In this document: positions 1-9,668 of the stretch, piece after piece | Numbering within the stretch: the stretch's first letter is position 1 | How the letters are laid out: each line of letters starts with the position of its first letter | Assembly (NCBI GenBank): GCA_041640595.1 | Contig: JBEPZY010000001.1 | Location: forward strand, 864,001 to 928,000 | From: Gemmatales bacterium | GTDB lineage: Bacteria; Planctomycetota; Planctomycetia; Gemmatales; HRBIN36 | Length of the DNA stretch: 64,000 bases | Direction: 5' to 3' | Made by a program: the position numbers and the translations under genes | The notes under the pieces: model-generated | The model's input: the letters and a program-made list of their open reading frames with translations, nothing else | Told to the model about the DNA's origin: nothing | Database searches by the model: none

Positions 1-236
<236 letters not shown>

Positions 237-314
237 AGCGACACCTTTTGACACCGTTCAGGAAGATAAGTCCGTATCCCCAAAGGAAGTATAGGAGTAC
301 CTGGGATAATAAGG

Positions 315-1607
315 TCAATCGGGCCTGGTGTCGCGTTGTGTCGAAGCTGGTTTGCTGAAACAGAACAGATGCTTGCGTCCGCGAATGAAAATGCGACCAT
401 CAGCGATAGCCGGGGTCGCAAATACTTGTTCACTGACGCTGCCACGACCGAGCAATTGAAATTGCGGTGCTGCGGCGAAAACAAACACCTCTCCTTCTTC
501 ACTAACCGCATAAATCCGCTCACCAGCTAATACCGGCGAGGCCGAAAAGCTGCCGCCTCCTTCCAGCCGTTCCATCCAGACGCGCTCGCCAGTAGCAGAC
601 CGGACACACCCTGCAATTCCCGAATCATTTACGAAATATAAATGCTCGCCATGCGCCAGAATGGTCGGCACATAAGGCAGGAAACGCTTATTTTCCCAGA
701 CCAGATGGGATTCCGGCACTCGACCGCGGTCACCCGGACGGATGGCCACTGCATGTCGGGCACCGCCACCGTCACCACTCGTGGCGATGATCAGCCCGTT
801 CGCATAAATCGGCGAAGCCACCGTTCGCAGCGGCATGCCATCGAACCGCCACTCCCAGTGCCAGATTTCCTTACCGTTAGCGGGGTCGTAGGCCGTGATC
901 CCTGCCGTACTGGCTACGATCAGCTCCGGGGCATGTTGCGGTCGTTCCAGAATAAAGGGAGTAGAGTAGCAGGCACGGAATGGCTGGCGTTGCGTTTGCC
1001 AGAGCAGTTTACCCGTCCGTGCATCGTAAGCCACAATTACCGAGGTGCCATCCTGGTCGTTGGCTACGATGACTTTGCCGTCATAAACAATGGGAGAATG
1101 ACCGGCTCCGTGTTGACTGGTGTACGTTCCCAGGTTTTGCTCCCAGACGGTTTTGCCGGTGAAATCGCAGGCTACCAAAATGTAATTTTCGCCGGTCCAC
1201 AAAAGCGCGTAAACCCGTTCGCCATCAGTGGCCGGGGTGTTGGAGGCAAACGTGTTCTTGCGATGTTTGGGAGCGGCTTTGCCTTTCCATTGTCGCTGCC
1301 ATAACACCTGTCCTGTCTCTGTCCGTATGCAGAGCAAGTACCGTTGTTGCCCATCCGTGCTCGACGATTGTACAAACAGGTAACTGCCCCAGATGACGGG
1401 TGAGGAGTTCCCTTCGCCGGGCAGAGCGACTTTCCAGGCGGCATCATCAGGTCCCTTCCACTGAATCGGCAAGTTCGTGTCCGGAGCGGTACCCTGACCG
1501 TTGGGGCCGCGGAAACGCGGCCAGTGTGCGGCCTGGACGAGTGTACTCGCCAGTATTGCGCTCACGGCCAAATAGACAAGCTGACAGCGCTGGCTCCGAA
1601 TCATCAT
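315..1607 (-). CDS. Secreted PQQ-like beta-propeller repeat protein (BamB-like family expanded in planctomycetes)
   Basis: Signal peptide followed by WPRFRGPNGQG, GNSSPVIWG, and repeated 'ASP..' / 'TG..lW' propeller motifs. Confidence 0.85.
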   Translation of the reverse strand: MMIRSQRCQLVYLAVSAILASTLVQAAHWPRFRGPNGQGTAPDTNLPIQWKGPDDAAWKVALPGEGNSSPVIWGSYLFVQSSSTDGQQRYLLCIRTETGQVLWQRQWKGKAAPKHRKNTFASNTPATDGERVYALLWTGENYILVACDFTGKTVWEQNLGTYTSQHGAGHSPIVYDGKVIVANDQDGTSVIVAYDARTGKLLWQTQRQPFRACYSTPFILERPQHAPELIVASTAGITAYDPANGKEIWHWEWRFDGMPLRTVASPIYANGLIIATSGDGGGARHAVAIRPGDRGRVPESHLVWENKRFLPYVPTILAHGEHLYFVNDSGIAGCVRSATGERVWMERLEGGGSFSASPVLAGERIYAVSEEGEVFVFAAAPQFQLLGRGSVSEQVFATPAIADGRIFIRGRKHLFCFSKPASTQRDTRPD

Positions 1608-1922
1608 TTTGCTTCTCCACTAGCTGCAGGTGGGACTGAGCAGGCAGGAAGGCGGGGTTCACCGCTCGACGGCATTGTACCACTCCGCCCAGCGGTTGCC
1701 AGTACCCGTTATAAGCGAGACAGCCATCACCGGTTTTCGATTCTGCCCCGTGGACAACTCGACGAATCTTGTCCTGGTGATTATCGTAACGCTCAGCGGC
1801 ATTTGCTATCGTGAGCCAGCGGCTCCGCTTTACTGACGCAGCCGATGCACGTGAAGCCGCACGCTGAAGCTCACATGGCACACGTGGCCTGATGCCAAGC
1901 CAGCTCAGATGGGGGGCAATCC

Positions 1923-2813
1923 GTGAAAACTCTCCGTGGCATTATCCCGCCGGTAGCTACTCCGATGCAGGACAACGAAGACCTGGATTTGCCGCGATTG
2001 CGCTGGTTCCTGGACTACCTGATTGAAAATGGTGTGCATGGTGTGTTCGTGTTGGGGACGAATAGCGAGTTTTATGCACTGAGCGAAGATGAAAAACAGG
2101 CTGTCATGGCCACGGCTGTCCAGCACGTGCGTGGTCGAGTGCCCGTCGTCGCAGGAGTTGGGGCAGAAACCACCCGAGAAGTTTTACGTCTGGTGCGCCT
2201 GGCCGAACGCGAACAGGTGGACGCTTTATCCATCATTACGCCCTATTTTATCAGCCCCAATCAGCAGGAGATTTACCAGCATTATCGTCGTATCGCCGAA
2301 AGCACTTCTTTGCCCATTATGCTGTACAACAATCCAGCGACCTGCAACGGTTTGCGAATCGAACCGGATACCCTGGCACGCCTGGCCGAATTACCCAACG
2401 TGATTGGCGTGAAGGATTCTAGCGGGGATTTGCAGAACACAATGGAATACCTGAGGATGGCACCGGCACGATTTGCGGTGCTGCAGGGGCGCGACACCCT
2501 GATCTACTCCAGTCTCGACCTGGGCTGCAAGGGTGCCGTCCCGGCATCGGCCAATGTAGCGCCACGTTTGTGTGCCGAAATTTACGATACTTTTACGCGA
2601 GGAGACCGAGAAGCGAGCAAACAAGCCCAGTGGCGACTGAATCCGGTACGGTTGAGTCTTGGCCTGGCCACTGCCCCTGGCGGAGTCAAAGCCGCTCTTA
2701 TGCTTCTGGGAAAACCTATTGGCCCGTGCCGTTCTCCCGTTACTTTCCCCAGCGGCGAAAAGTTGGAACAGATGCGGCGGATTCTTGTGAGTGCCGGGTT
2801 ATTGTCCGAATAG
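1923..2813 (+). CDS. Dihydrodipicolinate synthase (DapA)-family class I aldolase/lyase
   Basis: GIIPPVATP, GTNSE, YNNP and Schiff-base lysine motif GVKDSSG; 296 aa. Confidence 0.85.
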   Translation: MKTLRGIIPPVATPMQDNEDLDLPRLRWFLDYLIENGVHGVFVLGTNSEFYALSEDEKQAVMATAVQHVRGRVPVVAGVGAETTREVLRLVRLAEREQVDALSIITPYFISPNQQEIYQHYRRIAESTSLPIMLYNNPATCNGLRIEPDTLARLAELPNVIGVKDSSGDLQNTMEYLRMAPARFAVLQGRDTLIYSSLDLGCKGAVPASANVAPRLCAEIYDTFTRGDREASKQAQWRLNPVRLSLGLATAPGGVKAALMLLGKPIGPCRSPVTFPSGEKLEQMRRILVSAGLLSE

Positions 2814-2864
2814 CGGTCAGCCAAAAGCGGGCACAATACGTTACCGTTTGACTCTTCCTGCGTG

Positions 2865-3944
2865 CTACTGGTTGGGCTTGCGGACAATTTTCAGGATGCG
2901 GTGGTTGGAAGAATCGCAGATGTAAATTTCGCCGGTTTCCGGGTGGACGGTTACTCCGTGGGGGCGATTGAGCTCCACCTGCTTCGGGTCTCCCCCGAGT
3001 CCTGATGCACCGCGTTTGCCACACCCGGCCACAAGTGTGACCTGTTCCCTGCGAGGATCGTAACGCACGATCCTGTGGTTCTCAGTATCCGCGATGAGAA
3101 TGCTGTCGTCCCGGTCCACGCACAGATGTTTGGGACCGTTGAAGCCGGCCTGCAGTGCTGGGCCCAGAGCGGCGCCTGGCTTTCCCGTCCCGGCGACGGT
3201 GCGGATAGTGCCGTCTGGCAGCACGACCCGCAAGGCATGCCCTCCACGTTCCAGAATCCAGATACGTCCTGCGCGATCCGCAACGGCCGCCCGCGGATCG
3301 ACAAGGGGTTGCTGGACTGCGGGTTGTCCGTCCTGGGGAACGCCTCGCTGACCGTTTCCGGCAATCGTGCGAATCTTGCCGGTGCTCAGATCAATTTCCC
3401 GAATGCGGCGATTGCCCAGGTCGGTAACAATCAACCGCTTGCCGGCCGGATCGAGGGCAACGCAATACATCTGGTTGAACTGTGCCTGACTGGCTGGGCC
3501 ACCATCACCTGAAAATCCAGCTTGACCGTTCCCGGCAAGCGTGGCCACTGTCTGCTTCTTCGGATCGTAAACACGAATGCAGTGATTGAATGTATCAGCG
3601 ATATAAATGGTGCCATCCGGAGCGATGGCCAGATTATGCGGGCCACGAAACAAAGCCTCGTGAGCTGGAATTACGCCGCTTTCGAAACCGGATTTGCCTT
3701 CCCTACCGGCCAGAGTGGTCACCCTGCCCTGGCTATCTATCATCCGCAAACGGTGTCCCGGTTCCATTTCCACAAAGTATGCGTTTCCTCCATGAAATTC
3801 GATGCCGAAGGGTTCGATCAGCTTAGCCTGCTTCGCAGGGCTACCGTCTCCACCAGTGCCTCCGCCTGCCACAAGGACGATTTCATCCGCCCAGATAGTG
3901 CAAACCGATACAAAGAACCCACAGGCCACAATTATCCTGCGCAC
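2865..3944 (-). CDS. Secreted NHL-repeat beta-propeller protein
   Basis: Repeated 'P.G.A...dG.iYIADT.NHRIR' and 'AG.G..G..GDGGPA' motifs. GTG start at 3944 chosen for its AGGAGG RBS and signal peptide (the ORF track starts at 4055). Confidence 0.8.
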   Translation of the reverse strand: MRRIIVACGFFVSVCTIWADEIVLVAGGGTGGDGSPAKQAKLIEPFGIEFHGGNAYFVEMEPGHRLRMIDSQGRVTTLAGREGKSGFESGVIPAHEALFRGPHNLAIAPDGTIYIADTFNHCIRVYDPKKQTVATLAGNGQAGFSGDGGPASQAQFNQMYCVALDPAGKRLIVTDLGNRRIREIDLSTGKIRTIAGNGQRGVPQDGQPAVQQPLVDPRAAVADRAGRIWILERGGHALRVVLPDGTIRTVAGTGKPGAALGPALQAGFNGPKHLCVDRDDSILIADTENHRIVRYDPRREQVTLVAGCGKRGASGLGGDPKQVELNRPHGVTVHPETGEIYICDSSNHRILKIVRKPNQ

Positions 3945-4174
3945 GGTTTCCTCCTTCAGCTGGTCAGCCACTCCACTCGCCGTGGGGCAAATTGTCGCCG
4001 GTAGTCGAGGCGATTGACCTTCGGATGCCACTTTGTAAGCGGCAGGCTTCATCATAGCAACCCACTTGCCAAAGGACTATTAGGTAGTATGATGGAACAT
4101 CCATCCGCCCACTGGCTAGCAACTCGGTCGGCTGTGTGGCAGGTTGATAATCAATCTCGGAGGGGATTCCGACG

Positions 4175-6814
4175 ATGGTAAAAGCTCTAGCAAAGGGACG
4201 GACGCTTTTTTCTCAACGCTGGCTCTGGCTGATGGTGGCGTTCACGGCTATCGGCCTGATGGGGAGCTTTTCTGAACACAGCGAAACCAAGTGGCAACCT
4301 TTCGGCTTTTTGACCGACCCCGAATATAGCACGATGGAACGCATTGCCCTGATTGCCAACGTAGTTATCGCGCTGGCTGGTTTGGGCTATGCGCTCATGC
4401 TGGTCAACGAAGTTTACAGTGCCCCGACCGGTACGACGCGGATGCAGGAAATTGCACGCGCTATCCGTGAAGGGGCAGATGCTTATTTGTTCCGGCAGTT
4501 CCGCACTATTCTGCCGCTGATCGTTGTGATCACGGCGTTGCTCATTATTACCAAATGGCCGTTCGACAAAACTCCTGGTACTGCGGATTATGTCGAGCAA
4601 CTACACATCGCTTTCGGCAGGGGCATCGCCTTCCTGATGGGTTCGTTGTTTTCGTGGACGGTCGGATTCGTCGGTATGCGTCTGGCTACCGCGGGCAATT
4701 TACGGGTGGCAGCTGCCGCTCGGGAAAGTTTCGGCAAAGCGTTGCAGATCGGTTATCGTACCGGAACAATTACCGGCATGCTCACGGACGGGCTGGGACT
4801 TTTGGGCGGCTCGCTGATCTTCCTCTACTTCGGAGAGAAGGCCTACGAGGCCCTGCTCGGTTTCGGTTTTGGCGGAACGTTGCTGGCCCTGTTCATGCGT
4901 GTCGGTGGAGGAATCTATACCAAGGCCGCGGATGTCGGAGCCGATCTGGTTGGCAAAATTGAAAAAGACATCCCCGAAGACGACCCGCGTAATGCTGCCA
5001 CGATTGCCGATAATGTGGGCGACAACGTGGGCGATTGCGCCGGTATGGCCGCCGACATTTTCGAGAGCTACGAAGTCACCATCGTTGCCGCCATGATTCT
5101 TGGTTACGCCAGTTTCGGTCATAAAGGCGTCATTTTCCCGCTGCTGGTGCGGGCCATAGGTGTCTTGGGCAGCATCATCAGCACTTACATGGTTCGGGCT
5201 GGGGACAAAGGCGATGTGCAAGCCGCCATGCGTGCTGTCAATCGGGGTTTCTGGCTCGGTTCCCTGATAAGCATTGCCGGGTTCCTGTTGCTGGGATTCT
5301 TTTATCTGCGTTTCGATCCCAGCTATCCTCATTGGGAGCGCATTCGTGAATACGAACAGAATCTGCCGGTCTGGGTGACGCTGGGAATCGCTGATCCGCA
5401 AACGGGCGTTCTGGACATGCGGCCGGCGTGGACGTGTTTGGTAGGCATTTTGCTTGCGATCGCCCTGAACTTTTGCACCGAGTACTGGACAGGAACGGAA
5501 TATGCACCGGTGAAGTCCCTGGCTAAAGCTTGCCGAACCGGGCACGCTACCAACATCATCCAGGGATTCGCGGTCGGTTATGAAAGCTCGGTGTGGGCGA
5601 TTATCATTATCGCGGCAGCCATTCTGGCGTCGGTGCTGGTGTACGCAGGAACCAACCCGATTTTCGTCGCGTTTGGCGTGGCCATGTGCGGAATCGGTAT
5701 GCTCACCTTGACCGGAAACACCATCAGCATGGATGTCTTCGGTCCGGTAGCAGACAACGCGAACGGTATCGGTGAAATGGGTTACAACCGAGACGAACAG
5801 GGACGGCCACTGCCGCCCAATCACCCCGATTACATGCCGCCGGAACAATACAAGCGTGCCCGCCAGATACTTGCCGACCTGGATGCGGTCGGCAACACGA
5901 CCAAGGCGATTACGAAGGGGATCGCCATTGGCTCGGCAGTGATCGCGGCGGTTTCCTTGTTCGCCAGTTTCATCGCGGTTATGGCCAAGGGAAGCGAAGA
6001 ACAAATCAACCAGCTGACCATGCAGGAATTTTACGACGGAGCCGCGAAGCTGACTGTCGCCGACCCGTATGTGTTCATCGGCTTGCTGATTGGTGGTGCG
6101 GTACCGTTTTTGTTCAGCAGCATGACGATCCGCGCGGTTGGCCGGGCAGCCTACCTGATCGTGCAGGAGTGTCGGCTCCAGTTCAAAGACCCCGATATCT
6201 GGGCCGGCACCAAAAAGCCGGATTATGGACGTGTAGTGGACATTTGCACGGCGACTGCGCAAAAGGAACTCGTCGGCCCGGGGTTACTGGCTATCTGTAC
6301 CCCTATCCTGGTCGGTTTTGTCCTGGGGCCAGTGGCTCTGGGAGGTTTCCTCGCTGGCATGATTCTGGCTGGTCAACTGCTAGCCGTGTTCATGGCCAAT
6401 GCAGGCGGTGCCTGGGACAATGCTAAGAAGACGATCGAAGACCAGCCTCGTACGCGTCTTACCGGCAAAGGCTCAGAGGCCCACAAGGCCAGTGTCACAG
6501 GTGATACGGTAGGCGACCCGTTGAAGGATACCGCTGGCCCGGCCATTAACCCGCTCATCAAAGTCATGAACATGGTGAGCTTACTCACGCTGCCTCTGGC
6601 GATTGCTTATAACGTGCGAACCAGCGATAAGCCGCACATAGGACTTCTGGTGAGCTTGGTGGCGGCACTGGCGATTGCCTGGGCCTGGTGGCAATCCAAA
6701 CGTGAAACAGCACAGATGCGGCAGATGGATGAAGAATTCACTCGCGCGTTAGAAGCCGATCTGGCCGCAGCCGAAAATGCTCAGCCGGAACCGGTATCCC
6801 AGATGTCGCATTAG
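4175..6814 (+). CDS. hppA: Membrane-bound ion-translocating pyrophosphatase
   Basis: GGIYTKAADVGADLVGKIE, EDDPRN, DNVGDNVGD, GNTTKA, GGAWDNAKK and GDTVGDPLKDTAGP motifs; many transmembrane helices. Confidence 0.96.
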   Translation: MVKALAKGRTLFSQRWLWLMVAFTAIGLMGSFSEHSETKWQPFGFLTDPEYSTMERIALIANVVIALAGLGYALMLVNEVYSAPTGTTRMQEIARAIREGADAYLFRQFRTILPLIVVITALLIITKWPFDKTPGTADYVEQLHIAFGRGIAFLMGSLFSWTVGFVGMRLATAGNLRVAAAARESFGKALQIGYRTGTITGMLTDGLGLLGGSLIFLYFGEKAYEALLGFGFGGTLLALFMRVGGGIYTKAADVGADLVGKIEKDIPEDDPRNAATIADNVGDNVGDCAGMAADIFESYEVTIVAAMILGYASFGHKGVIFPLLVRAIGVLGSIISTYMVRAGDKGDVQAAMRAVNRGFWLGSLISIAGFLLLGFFYLRFDPSYPHWERIREYEQNLPVWVTLGIADPQTGVLDMRPAWTCLVGILLAIALNFCTEYWTGTEYAPVKSLAKACRTGHATNIIQGFAVGYESSVWAIIIIAAAILASVLVYAGTNPIFVAFGVAMCGIGMLTLTGNTISMDVFGPVADNANGIGEMGYNRDEQGRPLPPNHPDYMPPEQYKRARQILADLDAVGNTTKAITKGIAIGSAVIAAVSLFASFIAVMAKGSEEQINQLTMQEFYDGAAKLTVADPYVFIGLLIGGAVPFLFSSMTIRAVGRAAYLIVQECRLQFKDPDIWAGTKKPDYGRVVDICTATAQKELVGPGLLAICTPILVGFVLGPVALGGFLAGMILAGQLLAVFMANAGGAWDNAKKTIEDQPRTRLTGKGSEAHKASVTGDTVGDPLKDTAGPAINPLIKVMNMVSLLTLPLAIAYNVRTSDKPHIGLLVSLVAALAIAWAWWQSKRETAQMRQMDEEFTRALEADLAAAENAQPEPVSQMSH

Positions 6815-6975
6815 CCCGGTCGGTCTTGTGGATTGTCTCGGCTATCAAGCATTCCATCGCACTCTTGTTGGAATGTTGCTTCGGAGTGGCGCCTCCTTGA
6901 AGAGGATCGCGGGAATGCAACCCTGGCTTCCCAACGTCTTGGCCCTTCCTTAGGAAGACTTGCGCAGCTGCACAC

Positions 6976-7003
6976 TTGACAATGGCGTTCCACCCGCCAC
7001 AAT
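6976..7003 (+). promoter_or_regulatory. Possible sigma70-type promoter for the BON-like gene
   Basis: TTGACA (6976-6981), 16-nt spacer, CACAAT (6998-7003), about 55 nt upstream of the ATG at 7060. Confidence 0.4.
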
Positions 7004-7059
7004 GTTCTGGTGAGGAGGTGGATGGAATCCAAAATCCCGCGGTACAGGAGGGTGCCAAG

Positions 7060-7311
7060 ATGGTTGGAGCGAGCGTCGCGGCTGTCGGGAGTGTGAGGGA
7101 GGCTCTCTTGCGAACCGGTCTGGCATCGTTGCGCGACCTGCAAGTCGAAGAAGGCGCGGAAACGGTAATTGTTACTGGCAAGGTGCCGACTTTTTACTGT
7201 AAACAAGTCGCCCAGGAAACGGTAGTTTCTGCGGCCGGGCCCCGACGGGTGGTCATCCGCATTTCCGTAGCGCCAAGCGGAAGTGCAAGCAGCGCCCTCA
7301 ACGAACCATAA
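7060..7311 (+). CDS. Small BON-like domain protein
   Basis: AGGAGG RBS before ATG 7060; 'LRDLQVE...VIVTGKVPTFYCKQVAQE' resembles planctomycete BON-like proteins. Confidence 0.65.
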   Translation: MVGASVAAVGSVREALLRTGLASLRDLQVEEGAETVIVTGKVPTFYCKQVAQETVVSAAGPRRVVIRISVAPSGSASSALNEP

Positions 7312-8296
7312 CCGGTTGGCCGGTCCTTGCAGATTCTCGCAACGCATCGAGTACCTGCATAATTTGAACGGCTTTCTCTGGGGTAGGTTCGGACGAGCGC
7401 TTTTCCAGAACCGCGAGCGAAAAGTTGTCCAGCATGGCTGCGATCTGATTGACGCCGCTAATGGCCACCTCCTGCTGCCGGCCATCTGCACGTTCAATGA
7501 CAAAGGTCGCCGGGTCCGATGGCAACCACATTTCGCGTACCCAGATTCGGCCCTCGGTTCCGACAATTTCCAGCCATTGCCGAAACGGCAACTTGAAACT
7601 GCAATCGAAAATAGCTGCCTTGCCCTGACCAAAATCCAGAACGCCCTGCATTGCCACATCCACCCCGTACATAAACTGAGCCGTGGCGAAGACGCGTTCT
7701 GGCAATCGCCCAAAAACCCACAGGGCACCGTAAACCGGATAACAACCGACGTCCATAGCGCATCCCCCAGCCAGCTCCGGTTGCAGGCGGATGTTGGTCG
7801 GTTCGAGTGGCAGCAGAAACGAAAAAGAACCACGTACCAGCTCAACCTCTCCGATCACGCCGCGATCTATTTCCTCCCGCAACCGACTGGTGCGCGGGTG
7901 ATGCGGCCAGAAAAAGCCGTCCATCAAGGCCACACCTTTTCGTCGGCACACCGCCACCATTTGCCGGGCTTCTTCGGCATTAGAGGCGATTGGCTTCTCG
8001 CACAGCACATGCTTTCCCGCTTCCGCGGCACGCATCGTCCAGGAAGCGTGCAAACTGTTGGGTAGCGGAATGTACACCGCATCAATATCCTTGTCTTCCA
8101 GCAGTGCCTCGTAGCTGGGGTAAAATCGGGGAATGCCATATCGGGCTGCCGCCTGTTCTGCCTTCTCCGAGGAACGACTGGCTATGGCCAGCAGTTCTGC
8201 GTACCTGGCTTGAGCAAAAGCCGGAATGACCCGTTCGTTTATCTTCGCCACTCCCAGAATTCCCCAGCGAATCTTGCGTGCCATGCTCATCGTCAT
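7298..8296 (-). CDS. Gfo/Idh/MocA family oxidoreductase
   Basis: RWGILG Rossmann start, YIPLPN..H, HVLCEKP, D.GCY. Exact start among nearby Mets is uncertain. Confidence 0.92.
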   Translation of the reverse strand: MTMSMARKIRWGILGVAKINERVIPAFAQARYAELLAIASRSSEKAEQAAARYGIPRFYPSYEALLEDKDIDAVYIPLPNSLHASWTMRAAEAGKHVLCEKPIASNAEEARQMVAVCRRKGVALMDGFFWPHHPRTSRLREEIDRGVIGEVELVRGSFSFLLPLEPTNIRLQPELAGGCAMDVGCYPVYGALWVFGRLPERVFATAQFMYGVDVAMQGVLDFGQGKAAIFDCSFKLPFRQWLEIVGTEGRIWVREMWLPSDPATFVIERADGRQQEVAISGVNQIAAMLDNFSLAVLEKRSSEPTPEKAVQIMQVLDALRESARTGQPVMVR

Positions 8297-8361
8297 CCTC
8301 CGCAGGAGCGTGTTTGACTGAACAATACAATACGCTTCAGCATCAGAATGGCGAGTCAGTC

Positions 8362-9573
8362 ATGCCGGAAGACAGCATACGCTTACTGGGACCCTGGGAA
8401 TGGCAACCTCTGGCCCGTACCGCACTGCGAGCCGACGGCCAGGCGGAAACCCTTCCCGGCGAATTACCACTACCACGACGAATCTGGATTCCGATTCGAT
8501 CGGCCGATGCCGAAATTACTCATTTTCGGGGGCGTGTCCTGTACCGCCGTTATTTCCACTGGGTGAGCAAACTGGATTACTGGGAGCGGATATGGATTTA
8601 TTTCGAGTCGGCGGATTATTTCGCGCGCGTTCGGCTCAACGATGTGCTGCTGGGGGAGCATGAAGGCGCCCTGGATCCGTTCACGTTTCCCATCACAGCG
8701 TTATTGCAAAAACGCAACTGTCTGGAAGTCGAACTCGAGGTACCGGACACCCCCATCGCGCTTCAGCATGCCAAATGGATGCTCCGTGAGACCCCGGCTT
8801 GTATGAACGGCCCGGCTATTCTTGGCGAAGTAAGGCTGGAGGTATTCCATCCGGTTCGTTTTGGGGAAGTTTCGGTGTGGACAGAATGGTCACCCGCACG
8901 GGCTCTGCTGCACGTACAAGGCCAAATCCTTGCCGAGGCTGCAAGCGACTGTGAGCTGTACGTCGTTTACGACAATCACACGTTGCATTATCAGCGATTG
9001 ACCGTGAATGCCGGTCAGACTCCTTTTTCCATCGAGGTGCCCTGCCCGCGAATTTACGTGTGGGACATTCAGGAAGGCCAACCGGCCGCGCGACATTATG
9101 TGCAACTGGAACTGGCTGACCGTTCCGTTCTCCTGGACGCTCGCTGTTGTTACGTAGGCTTTCGCTCTTGCAGTTGGGAAGAAACTCGGCAGGCTATCCG
9201 CCTCAATAAGCATCTGTTGCCGGTGGGCACTGCCCTGCCGATCGTGGATATTCAGACCCCGGTTGCTGAAGGGAAACCATTTGAGTCGGCCGACGAAATT
9301 GGGCAGCCCGTTTTGTGCCGTTTGCCATTGCGCGGCGGATATGCTACCGAGCACGCGTTCATCCAACGGGCCCAGCAGCAGGTGTGCCGACTGGTGCAGT
9401 TGCTACAACATCATCCGTCTATTCTGGGCTGGGTGGTGCATACCGAGCCACAATTGCACGATGCCCCGCTGGACACCGCGTTGGCGGGAGCTATCCGCCA
9501 GCTTGACCCGAAACGGCCTATCTTTATCCAGCTGAACGCGGAGTCACCAGAGCTCATCCACGTAGGAGCGTGA
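8362..9573 (+). CDS. Glycoside hydrolase family 2-like protein (sugar-binding N-domain plus abbreviated barrel)
   Basis: F.SADYFARVRLN..LGEHEG...PF.F.IT (GH2 N-domain), VGFR and HHPSILGW...EP; only about 403 aa. Confidence 0.6.
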   Translation: MPEDSIRLLGPWEWQPLARTALRADGQAETLPGELPLPRRIWIPIRSADAEITHFRGRVLYRRYFHWVSKLDYWERIWIYFESADYFARVRLNDVLLGEHEGALDPFTFPITALLQKRNCLEVELEVPDTPIALQHAKWMLRETPACMNGPAILGEVRLEVFHPVRFGEVSVWTEWSPARALLHVQGQILAEAASDCELYVVYDNHTLHYQRLTVNAGQTPFSIEVPCPRIYVWDIQEGQPAARHYVQLELADRSVLLDARCCYVGFRSCSWEETRQAIRLNKHLLPVGTALPIVDIQTPVAEGKPFESADEIGQPVLCRLPLRGGYATEHAFIQRAQQQVCRLVQLLQHHPSILGWVVHTEPQLHDAPLDTALAGAIRQLDPKRPIFIQLNAESPELIHVGA

Positions 9574-9668
9574 ACCGATCACGTGCAGGTCATTTTGCCG
9601 CCCGTGTCCAAAAGGCCTGACATGCTGGCTGGCGCCTCAGTGAAGTTCGCGCTCGGAACTCGGCTGAG

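Noticed and set aside
4700..6262. 520-aa antisense ORF inside hppA, and similar long shadow ORFs opposite metK, ahcY and 48228..49814
   Set aside because: They lie antisense to well-supported genes and have no motifs; such ORFs are expected from codon bias in GC-rich DNA.
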